Part shown: in pieces, positions 16,191-26,444 of the stretch
Position numbering within the stretch: position 1 is the stretch's first letter
How the letters are laid out: each line of letters starts with the position of its first letter
Assembly: GCA_030427805.1 (NCBI GenBank)
Contig: JAUICP010000003.1
Location: 515,758-579,757 of the forward strand
DNA: 64,000 nt
Reading direction: 5' to 3'
Origin: Bdellovibrionia bacterium
GTDB lineage: Bacteria; Bdellovibrionota; Bdellovibrionia; Bdellovibrionales; JAGQZY01
Notes under the pieces: model-generated
Told to the model about the DNA's origin: nothing
The model's input: the letters and a program-made list of their open reading frames with translations, nothing else
Database searches by the model: none
Made by a program: the position numbers and the translations under genes

Positions 16191-17420
16191 TTATGGATCG
16201 CATGGAGCGATTTTTGGCCCGACGACGGAGCAGAGTACCTGGGTCGGGTCATTAAAGGGGGTGGGCTCGGCCCACTCACCGTTGGCGTTGCAGACTCTGC
16301 GAATGCAATTCACAGATTTCAACTCCGTAGAGCACCCCTTACCACCTGACGAGGCAGGTGCTCCCTCACAGGTCCACAGGCATTGTTTGAATTCACCGGG
16401 AGGATTCATACAAATCTTTTCGTTCTTCTTTTGCGCTTGCTCCGAGGCAAGGCTCCTTTTTACTTGGTTTGTGGAACTGGTTTCCCATTCAAGTTTATTG
16501 ATTTCGTCACTGCTCATTTTATAAACCGGAGTTAAGTAACCCTTCTCGGCCATCTCTTTGTATTCAGCCTCGGTAAAACCCGATTTTTTCAATGGCTTTG
16601 GCACGATAAAGGAAGCCTTCTCTCCTTTTTTAACAAAGCGGCCTTCTACTTGGGACAGTCCCGAAAGCTTCACATTTCCACGAATCGTCTTGACCGTAAA
16701 CTTCCACTCCTCATCGCCAGGGTAAAACTCGGTCACAAAATCGGTTCCCCGAACTCCGGCGACAGCGGCACCGGCTTTGACTTTAAATGAAGCTCCCTTA
16801 CTCCGATCATAGCCATCCACTTGTGAGCGCAAGCGCCCATACCACAGCATTAGGAGGGTCTTCTTTTCTTCCTCACCAGCATCGTGCCTAACAAATGTTA
16901 GTCTTGAATTCTGCGATAGAACGAGTTTGTTCTCCTTACTCTGAGAGGATGGCCCCCTCAAACTCAAGGCCCTGGTGTTCTTTGACAAGAGGACAACTGC
17001 CTTTGAATTTTTACCCGTGACAACAAGATCACCCTCTAAGAGACGAGTGCCCCGACGAATGCGATGGTCTCCATCAGAACGCTTCAATTGAACTTTTCCC
17101 CGAACGAGAAGAACTTTTCCGATGGGTCTAAAGCTTGATTTTTTGTTTTGTGCGACGATTTGCTGGGACTGCCTCGGCAGCTTTTTTTGAAACTGCGCCA
17201 TGCACTGCTTGTAATTTTTAACTTCGACGCATTGATATTTTTTGCAAGACTTTACGCGACGTCCACCATCACAGGGGGCTGTATAGAAGTCATAGTCCAC
17301 AGCCTGCTCACAAGGTTCACATACGATTTGTTCACAATCGCAAGATTGGGCTGAGGCTGAATTTGAAACGAGGCTCAAACCCAGTAGGACTAGTCCAATG
17401 ATGAAAAATCGAATAGACAC
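16191..17420 (-). CDS. secreted Cys-rich FecR-domain protein
   Basis: Signal peptide. GKVLLVRGKVQLKRSDGDHRIRRGTRLLEGDLVVTGKNSKAVVLL fits the FecR-domain pattern. Cys clusters sit at both ends. GTG start with AAGGAG 8 nt upstream. Confidence 0.7.
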   Translation of the reverse strand: MSIRFFIIGLVLLGLSLVSNSASAQSCDCEQIVCEPCEQAVDYDFYTAPCDGGRRVKSCKKYQCVEVKNYKQCMAQFQKKLPRQSQQIVAQNKKSSFRPIGKVLLVRGKVQLKRSDGDHRIRRGTRLLEGDLVVTGKNSKAVVLLSKNTRALSLRGPSSQSKENKLVLSQNSRLTFVRHDAGEEEKKTLLMLWYGRLRSQVDGYDRSKGASFKVKAGAAVAGVRGTDFVTEFYPGDEEWKFTVKTIRGNVKLSGLSQVEGRFVKKGEKASFIVPKPLKKSGFTEAEYKEMAEKGYLTPVYKMSSDEINKLEWETSSTNQVKRSLASEQAQKKNEKICMNPPGEFKQCLWTCEGAPASSGGKGCSTELKSVNCIRRVCNANGEWAEPTPFNDPTQVLCSVVGPKIAPCDP

Positions 17421-17487
17421 GCTAAGAACTCCTTAGGTTCTTATCGACTATTTACCTAATAAAATTATGTTTATTAGTTCCCTTGTT

Positions 17488-18279
17488 TCATTTTGAAATT
17501 GAATTAATCATTTCTTTATTTTGCTGATCCCAAATATCTTTGTGACCAAGCTCCCAAAGCTTCGCCCACTTTAAGAACACTGAGTATGAGGCTCCCACAC
17601 TGATAATGAATCCAGGGAGTCCATCCATAAAACCTCTCTTCCAAATATAGGTCTCGATGAATTTCGAAATGGGTTTGGTGATGAGTTTAAATCGACTGAA
17701 TGACTTTCCCTTTTTTTGCAGCTCTTCAGACTGCAAGTTAGAGTAACGATTATTTGTATGAATTTGAGAAAAGATATTTTCAAATGGAAAGTGAAGAATA
17801 TCCTTTGGGATTCTTAGTTTTCTTTCGGCCTCGACTCGTTCGTGAATAGTGGCATCGGACCAATTCGCCTTTTTTCGATTGAAAAATCGAAGCTGCCAAT
17901 CGGGATACCAACCTCCGTGGGAGATTTTTCTGCCCAAATAATAGGAGATCCGTGAGAACTCATAGGCCTCCATATCTTCAGATTGATTGGCGACCAAATC
18001 TTTGAGGTATTTCGAAAGTGGTGCTGAAAGACACTCATCAGCATCGAGTGAAAGAATCCAGTCATTCGAGCAAAGTTCAACTGCTCTTTTTTTCTGGGGA
18101 CCAAAGCCTCTCCACTCCTCATTAAAGACTCGCGCCCCTTCGGCTTCGGCCAGTTCTCGCGTTCGATCAGTACTTCCACTATCGAGAACGACAACCTCGT
18201 CCACCCAACTCGCCGAGCGAATACAATTTACAATATGGGACTCTTCGTTAAGACAAATTATGGCAAGACTGACCTTCAT
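17488..18279 (-). CDS. family 2 glycosyltransferase (LPS-core type)
   Basis: VSLAIICLNEE...VVVLDSGSTDRT...SLDADE are GT-A fold motifs including DxD. I moved the start to the internal Met at 18279, which has a GGGGAG RBS. Confidence 0.8.
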   Translation of the reverse strand: MKVSLAIICLNEESHIVNCIRSASWVDEVVVLDSGSTDRTRELAEAEGARVFNEEWRGFGPQKKRAVELCSNDWILSLDADECLSAPLSKYLKDLVANQSEDMEAYEFSRISYYLGRKISHGGWYPDWQLRFFNRKKANWSDATIHERVEAERKLRIPKDILHFPFENIFSQIHTNNRYSNLQSEELQKKGKSFSRFKLITKPISKFIETYIWKRGFMDGLPGFIISVGASYSVFLKWAKLWELGHKDIWDQQNKEMINSISK

Positions 18280-18390
18280 AGGGCTATACTCCCCGTTTCG
18301 CCATAGACTGTCAATTTCCAAGGGTAAAATGCAGCGTAAATCACTGGACCGCCAAGCTGATATTAGATAAGAAAATGAGTAGGGAGCACT

Positions 18391-19032
18391 ATGAAGAATC
18401 TAAATAGAGTTTTTAAACGCACTTGTATCACAATCGCCTTTTCCCTCGTCTTGGGTAGCACGGGAATGGCTTTTCAGAGCTTTGTCGACAGTGGCGAAAT
18501 TCTACCGCAGGGTCAATTTGAACTGACAGCTGCCGGACAAGCGGCCTTCTCTGACTTTGAGGGCTTTAATATGGCAACGAGGCTTTCGCGCTCCTTCAGC
18601 CCGGATTTCGAAGGACAGATTGAGTTGGGATTTGGTGCCTTCGAATTTCAAACGACAGCCCTTCTTAAGTATACGGCCTTTCCCGATAACGAAAACCAAC
18701 CAGCGATTGGGGCCAAGTTGGGTGCTTCTTACTCGCGATTTGAAGGGATCTCCATCTACGCCTTCCACTTAATCCCCTTCGTTAGCAAACGATTTATAAC
18801 AGAGTACGGAGACTTTGTGCCCTACGGTGCCTTCAACCTCAGCTTTCAAAGCGTTGAAGAAACCACGAATCTCCCATTGCAACTTCAGCTTGGTACCGGA
18901 TGGAAACCTAAAGACTACAAGCACATTCACTTCTACGGTGAATTGGGTATGAACCTCTCAAAGGCTTATAACTATATTAGTCTAGGTATGAGTATCGATT
19001 TCGACTCTTTCTCAAATATCCAATTTAATTAG
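18391..19032 (+). CDS. putative outer-membrane beta-barrel protein
   Basis: Signal peptide, alternating hydrophobic beta-strand pattern, aromatic-rich C-terminus (NIQFN). Confidence 0.5.
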   Translation: MKNLNRVFKRTCITIAFSLVLGSTGMAFQSFVDSGEILPQGQFELTAAGQAAFSDFEGFNMATRLSRSFSPDFEGQIELGFGAFEFQTTALLKYTAFPDNENQPAIGAKLGASYSRFEGISIYAFHLIPFVSKRFITEYGDFVPYGAFNLSFQSVEETTNLPLQLQLGTGWKPKDYKHIHFYGELGMNLSKAYNYISLGMSIDFDSFSNIQFN

Positions 19033-19140
19033 GTCTCTTTATGGAACGCTCTCCTCTCTATAGGTAGAGCTTTATTCTTTAAATTCTTCGGAATCCCGCC
19101 CTAGGTCCGGCTAAAGAGGTCTTGTATTTCATTCCAGCCT

Positions 19141-19167
19141 TAAATTCATATCGCAAATAGCCGTTAT
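19141..19167 (+). promoter_or_regulatory. sigma-28 (FliA)-type promoter upstream of motA
   Basis: TAAA-N15-GCCGTTAT against the consensus TAAA-N15-GCCGATAA. It ends 22 nt upstream of the motA ATG. Confidence 0.5.
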
Positions 19168-19188
19168 AACTAGTGTAGGAAAGCAATT

Positions 19189-19956
19189 ATGGATATAGCT
19201 ACATTAGTCGGATTTATAGGTTCTTTTGCCGTTGTCGTCATGGCCATCATCGTTGGTGGTAGTGCGGGAATGTTTATTAACATTCCGTCGATTCTCATCG
19301 TTGTCGTTGGAACCATTATGGTTGTCGCCATGAAGTTCTCACTTCAACTCTTTTTAAAATCCGTCAATATCGCGATGAAGGCTTTCATCTTTAAGATCGA
19401 CGACTCCCAAGAACTCATCGAAACTTGCTTTAAGCTCGCTGACGAAGCTAAAAAAGGTGGAGTTCTCGCTCTTGAAAAAATTAAAATTGAAAACACCTTC
19501 CTTAAAAGAGGTGTTGATATGAGTGTGGATGGCATTAAGCCTGAAATCATTCTACAAAACCTTAAGACCGAAAAGAATCAAATGATTTCTCGTCACGAAG
19601 AAGGGCAAAGAATCTTCAAAGCGATGGAAGCTGTTGGTCCTGCAATGGGTATGATTGGTACTCTTATTGGTCTCGTACAGATGCTTTCAAACATGGAAGA
19701 TCCCAAGTCGATTGGTCCTGCCATGGCCGTCGCCCTCCTCACTACACTCTATGGTGCGATTATCGCCAACATGGTAGCTGGCCCTATCGCCGACAAATTG
19801 GCGATGAGAAGCGGTGAAGAAGAAATCAACTGTAATATCATTATTGACGCCATTGAAGGGATCAATGCCGGAATCAATGCTCGCGTCGTTAGGGATACTC
19901 TCCAGAACTATCTACCACCAAGCCAGCGAGTCTTCGAAGAGAAAGACGCGGCTTAG
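19189..19956 (+). CDS. motA: flagellar stator protein MotA/PomA
   Basis: 255 aa with 4 TM helices. The MotA/TolQ/ExbB C-terminal channel motif is GPAMGMIGTLIGLVQM...ALLTTLYGAIIAN. It is followed by motB. Confidence 0.85.
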   Translation: MDIATLVGFIGSFAVVVMAIIVGGSAGMFINIPSILIVVVGTIMVVAMKFSLQLFLKSVNIAMKAFIFKIDDSQELIETCFKLADEAKKGGVLALEKIKIENTFLKRGVDMSVDGIKPEIILQNLKTEKNQMISRHEEGQRIFKAMEAVGPAMGMIGTLIGLVQMLSNMEDPKSIGPAMAVALLTTLYGAIIANMVAGPIADKLAMRSGEEEINCNIIIDAIEGINAGINARVVRDTLQNYLPPSQRVFEEKDAA

Positions 19957-19964
19957 GAGAGATC

Positions 19965-20897
19965 ATGGCTGATGAAGAAGAAAGAAAAAAACCGGACGCC
20001 CCAGAAGGTGCACCCGCGTGGATGGCGACCTTTGCCGATATGGCAACGCTCCTTCTTTGTTTCTTCGTCTTAATTTTATCGTTCTCAGACATCAACCAGA
20101 AAAAGTTCAAACAGGTTACTGCAACCTTGAAAATGGCCTTTGGAGCGCAGAGGCTCGACCCCTTTGAACAGATACCTATTGCCAACAGTATTACTATGGA
20201 TGCCTATTCTTCGGCCCGTGACTCTTTGATTAAACTCGATCACCCTAAAGTGCAATTCGATATGGAACTTCCAATTATTGAGGAACTCCTCAATGAACAG
20301 CAGAAAAAAGAAGAGAAAGAAAAGTCGGAGCAATTCGAAAACAACTATAAGGCGGCAAAAGAGCTTCTCGAGGACGATAAAAATGCCGGAAAACTAGAAC
20401 TTGAAGTTAAAGGCAAGACAGTCATTATTAGAGTCAAAGAAAATGTTTCGTTTCCGAGTGGTTCAGACATTCTCGAGGGAAGCTTTCAACGGACTCTTAA
20501 GCGCATCTCTCAGGTCGTTAAAAAATCTAAGGGAACTATACAAGTTTCAGGTCATACCGATAACATCCCAATTCGCACGGCTCGCTTTAGAAATAATTGG
20601 GACCTGTCGGCCGCCAGAGCCTCAACAATTGGTACCAAAATTATCTCTAAGGCTCAGGTTAACCCCAATCGTCTGGTCATACAGGGGTATGCAGATACCC
20701 GGCCTCTTGTAAAAAACAGCTCCCAAGAAAATCGGGCAAAGAATCGACGTGTCGAAATTGCTCTTATTCCAGAGGTTAAGAGAAAGCCAGCTTCCGCTCA
20801 AATAAAGGAGCTGAAAAAAAGGCTCGATGAGCGCAATTACGAACTCCCCGACTCACTTAAAAAATCGATCGGTATCGACAAGACAAAAGGTCAATAG
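19965..20897 (+). CDS. motB: flagellar stator protein MotB/PomB (OmpA-like C-terminal domain)
   Basis: APAWMATFADMATLLLCFFVLILS is the MotB plug/TM segment with the conserved Asp. The C-terminal OmpA-like peptidoglycan-binding motif is NWDLSAARA...NRRVEI. Confidence 0.85.
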   Translation: MADEEERKKPDAPEGAPAWMATFADMATLLLCFFVLILSFSDINQKKFKQVTATLKMAFGAQRLDPFEQIPIANSITMDAYSSARDSLIKLDHPKVQFDMELPIIEELLNEQQKKEEKEKSEQFENNYKAAKELLEDDKNAGKLELEVKGKTVIIRVKENVSFPSGSDILEGSFQRTLKRISQVVKKSKGTIQVSGHTDNIPIRTARFRNNWDLSAARASTIGTKIISKAQVNPNRLVIQGYADTRPLVKNSSQENRAKNRRVEIALIPEVKRKPASAQIKELKKRLDERNYELPDSLKKSIGIDKTKGQ

Positions 20898-20923
20898 ACA
20901 GACTGGCCACGACTCAGCGACCA

Positions 20924-23074
20924 CTAATTTCTCTTTTTAGAGGCGCGTACCTTCATCATTGGAATTTCTTTGATCGATTGCTTCTTACCTTCAATTGGCT
21001 TTCCATTATCGGTAATCACAACAGCTTGTTCTGCATCAGAAACAGAACTCAGCTCCCTTTGAATGACATGACTCCTCTTCAATTGAGGATTTCTGGTAAA
21101 AGAAAAACGAATAATCGAGTTCTTCGACTTGTATATGGGAAGATCGCGAAAGGGCATTTTAAATTGTTTAAGAGTCATACTCTCAGGGTCGTTAATGAGC
21201 CATCGAAACTGACCCAGGTAAAAAGCGAGGACTTCTGTTTCTTTATCAAATACAAAGTCTGACTTTTTGAGATCATCGCGACGGAAAAGGTCTGTCATTC
21301 TAAAGTTAGGCCTAAAAACTGTTGTATGATCATTTCGGCCAAGTAACATATCTTTGAAATATTCGTCGTCAAACTGAACCCTAAAGGCCACGCGCAGATA
21401 ATAAGGAATTCCGTTTTTAAGGGCTTCCTCTAAGTAAGTTCTCGCCAAGGCCCTTCTTAGTAACTCGTTTTTAGGCAAAGCAAACATATCGCTCGGGTCG
21501 GTCGAAAACCCTTCGTAGGCCTCGAAGTGCTGAATAAAGCGGGCTTCAAACTTTTCGGGATTTTTAATTGGCGCCTCTTGGGATAGCCAAGAAATAAAAA
21601 CAATATTAACCATTAAAAATGGCAGCGAGGTTTTTAAAATCACATTTCTAAAGAGTCCAGCCGAACTCAAAGCCAAACCAAGGTACGCCCCGACAAATAG
21701 CTCAAATCGAAGTTCGTGGTAAAAAGGTTTTTCAAAAAACGCATAGAGAAACCCAATACAAACGAGGATGGCGAGAAGGGCTATTGATTGGGTCATACCC
21801 CAGCCTTTTTCGATGACACCACTATTCTGACTATTCTGCTTTGCTTCCGTCATTGCGGTTTTACTACGAGTTGCAAAAATTCCGCTGGTTCGAGATCGAC
21901 CGACCTTAGAGAGTAAAGAAGTTTTTTTCTTTTCTTTCTCCTGCTGCTTCTTTGCATCTTGATGCTCTTTTACAACCTTTTCTAGTAAATCATTTGGAAT
22001 AGAAATGGGGCCCGATACCGCCTCATTCGCTTCGCTTAAGGGAATTGTCGCATCCTCGTCAACGACTCCTCCGACAGAGACCTGTAACTTAAGAGCCTCT
22101 TCAGCGGCGCGGTCCAGTAATTTCTGCGCCTCCCTGCGACTAAAACCTTTCTGCATAAGTTTTAGTTGCAAAGCTGGCTCATTAACAATGTCGTAGTTTC
22201 TTATGATTTCTTCTGGTCGCTCTCCTTCGAGCTGTGACAGAGGCAGCTCATCGAGCAGACTTAATATTTCTTCACAGCTTGAGAAACGATCTTCTGGAGA
22301 TTTCTCTAGCATTTTACAAACAATATCAATAAAGAGAGAGGGTATTCTCTCATGCTCTTCTTCTGTAAATTCAACGGGCTGGTTTCTAATTGCATCGAGT
22401 AAAGCCATTTGATTTTTACCGTTAAAGGGCAGTCTTCCCGTTAACATATAGTAGAAAGTAATACCCGTCGCAAAGATATCGGACTGACTCGAAGGCTCCG
22501 CACCTTTTATAATTTCCGGCGCCAGATAAGTCGGAGTTCCAATAATAATATTCTCTTGCGTGAGCTGCATTCTCTTCGCAGAGTCCAGTGATTTGGCAAT
22601 ACCGAAATCGACGATCTTAACTGTACCATCTGTTTTAACTAAAATATTCTGTGGCTTAATATCTCGGTGAATGACACCTTGTTCGTGACAAGCCGTTAGA
22701 CCGCGACAGATCTGAATGAGATATTCTACAGCTTCTCTGACGCCGATCTTTCTCTCTTTGATAATATCGTAAAGAGGCTGACCTTCTATGTATTCAATGA
22801 CGAGGTAGAAACTGACCCCTCTTCGCCCCAAGGAATAAAGTCTGACGACATTTTGATGATCAATACCGGCAATGGTTCTTGCCTCTAAAATAAAGCGATC
22901 GATTAATTCCTGACTATCAGATTTATTGGGAATAACGAGTTTAAGAGCAACTTTTCGACGAAGTTGATTGTCATGGGCGAGGTAAACCTCTCCCATTCCA
23001 CCTTCGCCTATTCGTTGTAAAATCTCAAAATGGTCGACTAATTCTCCGACCTTGAGTGGTCCCACCGCTGACAT
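20924..23074 (-). CDS. membrane-spanning Ser/Thr protein kinase with ~200-aa C-terminal domain of unknown function
   Basis: GEGGMGEVY (P-loop), VALK, HRDIKPQNIL, DFG, PTYLAPE. Hydrophobic helices lie near aa 430-510. Confidence 0.9.
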   Translation of the reverse strand: MSAVGPLKVGELVDHFEILQRIGEGGMGEVYLAHDNQLRRKVALKLVIPNKSDSQELIDRFILEARTIAGIDHQNVVRLYSLGRRGVSFYLVIEYIEGQPLYDIIKERKIGVREAVEYLIQICRGLTACHEQGVIHRDIKPQNILVKTDGTVKIVDFGIAKSLDSAKRMQLTQENIIIGTPTYLAPEIIKGAEPSSQSDIFATGITFYYMLTGRLPFNGKNQMALLDAIRNQPVEFTEEEHERIPSLFIDIVCKMLEKSPEDRFSSCEEILSLLDELPLSQLEGERPEEIIRNYDIVNEPALQLKLMQKGFSRREAQKLLDRAAEEALKLQVSVGGVVDEDATIPLSEANEAVSGPISIPNDLLEKVVKEHQDAKKQQEKEKKKTSLLSKVGRSRTSGIFATRSKTAMTEAKQNSQNSGVIEKGWGMTQSIALLAILVCIGFLYAFFEKPFYHELRFELFVGAYLGLALSSAGLFRNVILKTSLPFLMVNIVFISWLSQEAPIKNPEKFEARFIQHFEAYEGFSTDPSDMFALPKNELLRRALARTYLEEALKNGIPYYLRVAFRVQFDDEYFKDMLLGRNDHTTVFRPNFRMTDLFRRDDLKKSDFVFDKETEVLAFYLGQFRWLINDPESMTLKQFKMPFRDLPIYKSKNSIIRFSFTRNPQLKRSHVIQRELSSVSDAEQAVVITDNGKPIEGKKQSIKEIPMMKVRASKKRN

Positions 23075-23139
23075 ACCAAAAGTTTAACACTTAAAAGAAG
23101 AAACCACCTTCTAATTAGGATATTAGTCCTATTTACAAA

Positions 23140-23172
23140 CAAAAAAAGGGAGGCAAAAACCTCCCTCTTTTT
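23140..23172 (-). terminator. rho-independent terminator after dnaK
   Basis: AGGGAGG-caaaaa-CCTCCCT stem-loop, followed on the minus strand by a T7 run. Confidence 0.75.
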
Positions 23173-23202
23173 GAGACTGCGCAAATTATTACACGAAGTT
23201 GA

Positions 23203-25122
23203 TTAATTGACGTCTTTAAACTCGGCGTCAATTACATCATCGTCTCCATCTGATCCACCACTTGAATCAGTAGCGCCGGCTGAATCACCAGCGGCATCAG
23301 AGCCCGATTGCTCAGTTTTATAGAGCTCTGCAGACATCTTCTGAAGAAGAGTTTGCAAAATTCCATACTGACTTTTCATATCGTCAAAACTGGCGGCATC
23401 GCCTTGCATGAGAAGCTTCTTAGAGTTCTCTACGGCATCTTTCGCCGACTGAACTTCGTCATTACTAAATTTAGTTTCGTTGTCAGTAATCAACTTATTC
23501 ATCTGATAGACAAGACCGTCGAGATCGTTACGCAAAGTAACTTTCTCTTTCTTCTTTCTATCGACTTCAGTATTTTCCTCGGCTTCTTTAACCATGCGAT
23601 CGATCTCTTGATCCGAAAGACCTGACTTAGCCTTGATCTGAATCGCAGTTTCTTTACCGGTTCCTACATCTTTCGCATTAACATTGAGGATACCGTTGGC
23701 ATCAATATCAAAAGTGACTTCAATTTGTGGAACACCACGAGCCGCAGGAGGAATTCCAACAAGTTCAAATCGGCCGAGGGACTTATTATCAACGGCCATC
23801 TCTCGCTCCCCTTGAAGAACGTGAATTTCAACCTTGGTTTGATTGTCTTCTGCCGTCGAAAAAGTTTGGGACTTTTTCACTGGGATCGTCGTATTTCGAT
23901 CGATCAAGGCCGTGAAAACACCGCCAAGAGTTTCGATACCAAGTGAAAGTGGTGTTACATCTAAAAGTAGAACATCTTTTACGTCTCCTGAGAGAACTCC
24001 ACCTTGAATGGCAGCACCAATCGCCACAACTTCATCAGGATTCACTGACTTGTTTGGCTCTTTATTGAAAAAACGTTTTACCGCATCTTGGATGGCAGGA
24101 ATTCGCGTTGATCCACCGACAAGTACAACCTCATCGATATCTCCAATACTCCAACCAGCATCTTCAAGAGCTTTTTTACAAGGAATTAATGAACCTTCGA
24201 CTAAGTCTTCTGTCAGTTGATTAAACTTAGATCGTGATAGTTTCATTTGTAAGTGTTTAGGACCAGACTGATCTGCAGTGATAAATGGTAGGTTGATTTC
24301 AGTTTCTTGCGAAGTACTGAGCTCAATCTTTGCTTTTTCAGCAGCTTCTTTAAGACGCTGAAGGGCCATCTTATCAGACTGAAGGTCAATGCCTTGGTCT
24401 TTTTTAAATTCATCAATCAACCAATGAAGAACCTTTTCATCAAAGTTATCTCCACCAAGCTGAGTGTCACCATTGGTCGCTTTTACTTCAACAACGTTGT
24501 CACCGACCTCGAGAACAGAGATATCAAAAGTACCACCACCTAAATCGTAAACGGCAATTTTTTGATCTGTCTTTTTATCAAAGCCGTAGGCCAATGCTGC
24601 TGCGGTAGGCTCGTTGATGATTCTTTCAACTTCGAGGCCCGCAATTTTTCCGGCATCCTTAGTTGCCTGTCTTTGAGCATCGTTAAAGTAAGCGGGTACG
24701 GTAATAACCGCACGCTTTACTTCACTGCCCAAATAATCTTCGGCGACTTTTTTAAGCTTGCCGAGAATACTGGCTGAAATCTCTTCCGGAGAAACCTGCT
24801 TTTCACCTTCGTTCGTTTTAACAACAAAAGCACAGTCATTACCTTTTTGCACGATGCCATAAGGAACAACGCTAATTTCATTTTGAACTTCTTCAAAGCG
24901 ACGTCCAATGTATCGCTTTGCTGAGAAAATTGTATTTTCAGGGTTGGTAACAGCCTGTCTTTTAGCAACCTGACCAACCAGTTTTTCACCATCTTTAAAT
25001 GCAACAATGGAAGGGGTAGTGCGTGCACCCTCTTCGTTCACAAGAACTTTTGGAGATCCGCCTTCCATAATAGAAACAACCGAGTTCGTCGTTCCTAAAT
25101 CAATTCCGATAATTTTGCTCAT
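23203..25122 (-). CDS. dnaK: chaperone DnaK (Hsp70)
   Basis: [22 protein letters not shown], full NBD plus SBD, acidic C-terminus. Start set at Met15 of the track ORF (AAGGGAG RBS upstream). Confidence 0.98.
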   Translation of the reverse strand: MSKIIGIDLGTTNSVVSIMEGGSPKVLVNEEGARTTPSIVAFKDGEKLVGQVAKRQAVTNPENTIFSAKRYIGRRFEEVQNEISVVPYGIVQKGNDCAFVVKTNEGEKQVSPEEISASILGKLKKVAEDYLGSEVKRAVITVPAYFNDAQRQATKDAGKIAGLEVERIINEPTAAALAYGFDKKTDQKIAVYDLGGGTFDISVLEVGDNVVEVKATNGDTQLGGDNFDEKVLHWLIDEFKKDQGIDLQSDKMALQRLKEAAEKAKIELSTSQETEINLPFITADQSGPKHLQMKLSRSKFNQLTEDLVEGSLIPCKKALEDAGWSIGDIDEVVLVGGSTRIPAIQDAVKRFFNKEPNKSVNPDEVVAIGAAIQGGVLSGDVKDVLLLDVTPLSLGIETLGGVFTALIDRNTTIPVKKSQTFSTAEDNQTKVEIHVLQGEREMAVDNKSLGRFELVGIPPAARGVPQIEVTFDIDANGILNVNAKDVGTGKETAIQIKAKSGLSDQEIDRMVKEAEENTEVDRKKKEKVTLRNDLDGLVYQMNKLITDNETKFSNDEVQSAKDAVENSKKLLMQGDAASFDDMKSQYGILQTLLQKMSAELYKTEQSGSDAAGDSAGATDSSGGSDGDDDVIDAEFKDVN

Positions 25123-25163
25123 TTGAGGACTCCCTTCTCTGATAAATCCTTCATACGTGTCCA

Positions 25164-25191
25164 ATATGGGGTCTTATTCGTACTCGTCAAG
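25164..25191 (-). promoter_or_regulatory. sigma-32-type heat-shock promoter for dnaK
   Basis: The minus strand reads CTTGAC-N14-CCCCATAT against the consensus CTTGAA-N13-15-CCCCATNT. It lies in the dnaJ-dnaK spacer. Confidence 0.65.
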
Positions 25192-25210
25192 AAACCCAGA
25201 CGATTTAATT

Positions 25211-26317
25211 TCATATTCCAAAAAAACTCTTACTCTTGGTCTCGCTGACTGATTCTCCACGAATCTTGGCGATCTCGCGCAAAAGTTTTTCTTCTTCTTT
25301 CTTCAATTTTTTAGGGATATCGACCTGGACCTCTAAAATAAAGTCTCCTCGACCTCGACCCCTGATATCCGGGAAGCCCTCTCCTCGAACCCTCAGATGC
25401 TGACCGGTTGAGACGCCCTGGGGGACATCGACAACATGTTTTTTATCAATTCCTTGAACTTCTACTTCTGAACCGAGAAGCGCTTGAATATATGAGAGCT
25501 TGAGGGGCGCATAACAGTCCTGTCCACTACGAACCATGTTCTCTTCTTCGCGAACTCGAATCTCAACATAGAGGTCGCCCCGTGGTCCACCGCGATATCC
25601 ACCTTCGCCTTCACCAGAAACTCGAAGTCTCGTTCCATTATCGACTCCAGCGGGGATGGTCACTAAAATCTTTCTCTTTTGCAGTTCGCGTCCTTTACCG
25701 TGGCAGCTCTTACACGGACTTTTAATCACCTTACCCGCTCCCTGACAATTGGGACAGGTGGTAGCAACTTGAAAAAAGCCCTGGGATGTTACGATTTGCC
25801 CTTTTCCTTGGCACCGTTCACAGGTTTCAGCATCAGTGCCGGGTTCTGCTCCTGAGCCCGTACATGTTTCACAGGACTCTTCGGCTTCGAACTCGATTTC
25901 TTTTTCTAATCCCGAGAGGACTTCTTTGAAGCTCACTTCACACATATAGCGTAGGTCTGAACCCCTGCGAGGTCCGGTCCGAGATCTTCGACCTCTTCCG
26001 CCAAAGCCTCCCATACCAAAAAAGTCAGAAAAAATGTCGCCGAAGCTGTCGAAAATATCATCGACGTTGTGAAAACCTCCACCTTGACCGTTAACACCCT
26101 GGTGACCAAAGCGATCATAGCGAGCCCGCTTATCGGGATCGCTTAAAACACTGTAGGCCGCTGAAGCTTCTTTAAATTTATCTTCAGCCTCTTTGTCTCC
26201 AGGATTTTTATCGGGATGGAATTTCATGGCGAGCTTGCGATAGGCCTTTTTTATGGCATCTTGCTCGGCATCCTTTTGAACTCCTAAAACTTCATAATAA
26301 TCACGTTCTTGCGACAT
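25211..26317 (-). CDS. dnaJ: co-chaperone DnaJ
   Basis: J-domain with HPD (KFHPDKNP), a G/F-rich region, and four CxxCxGxG zinc-finger repeats. Confidence 0.97.
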   Translation of the reverse strand: MSQERDYYEVLGVQKDAEQDAIKKAYRKLAMKFHPDKNPGDKEAEDKFKEASAAYSVLSDPDKRARYDRFGHQGVNGQGGGFHNVDDIFDSFGDIFSDFFGMGGFGGRGRRSRTGPRRGSDLRYMCEVSFKEVLSGLEKEIEFEAEESCETCTGSGAEPGTDAETCERCQGKGQIVTSQGFFQVATTCPNCQGAGKVIKSPCKSCHGKGRELQKRKILVTIPAGVDNGTRLRVSGEGEGGYRGGPRGDLYVEIRVREEENMVRSGQDCYAPLKLSYIQALLGSEVEVQGIDKKHVVDVPQGVSTGQHLRVRGEGFPDIRGRGRGDFILEVQVDIPKKLKKEEEKLLREIAKIRGESVSETKSKSFFGI

Positions 26318-26336
26318 TCATCACCCTTTTTTGCAA

Positions 26337-26364
26337 ATATGATTCGGCTTTGGCAATGGTCAAG
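26337..26364 (-). promoter_or_regulatory. weaker sigma-32-like promoter upstream of dnaJ
   Basis: The minus strand reads CTTGAC-N14-AATCATAT. The -35 element and spacing match the dnaK promoter, but the -10 is degenerate. Confidence 0.35.
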
Positions 26365-26444
26365 GTGGAGAGGTCAATTATTAGATATTTTTTGAGGCAC
26401 GCAAACGGACCCAAAAAGCCAAGTTATTCCAGGCACTTATAAGG

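Noticed and set aside
25123-25164. Upstream extension of dnaK (track start at 25164, [14 protein letters not shown]...).
   Set aside because: The canonical DnaK N-terminus [14 protein letters not shown] starts at 25122 with an AAGGGAG RBS. The extension would also overlap the proposed sigma-32 -10 element.
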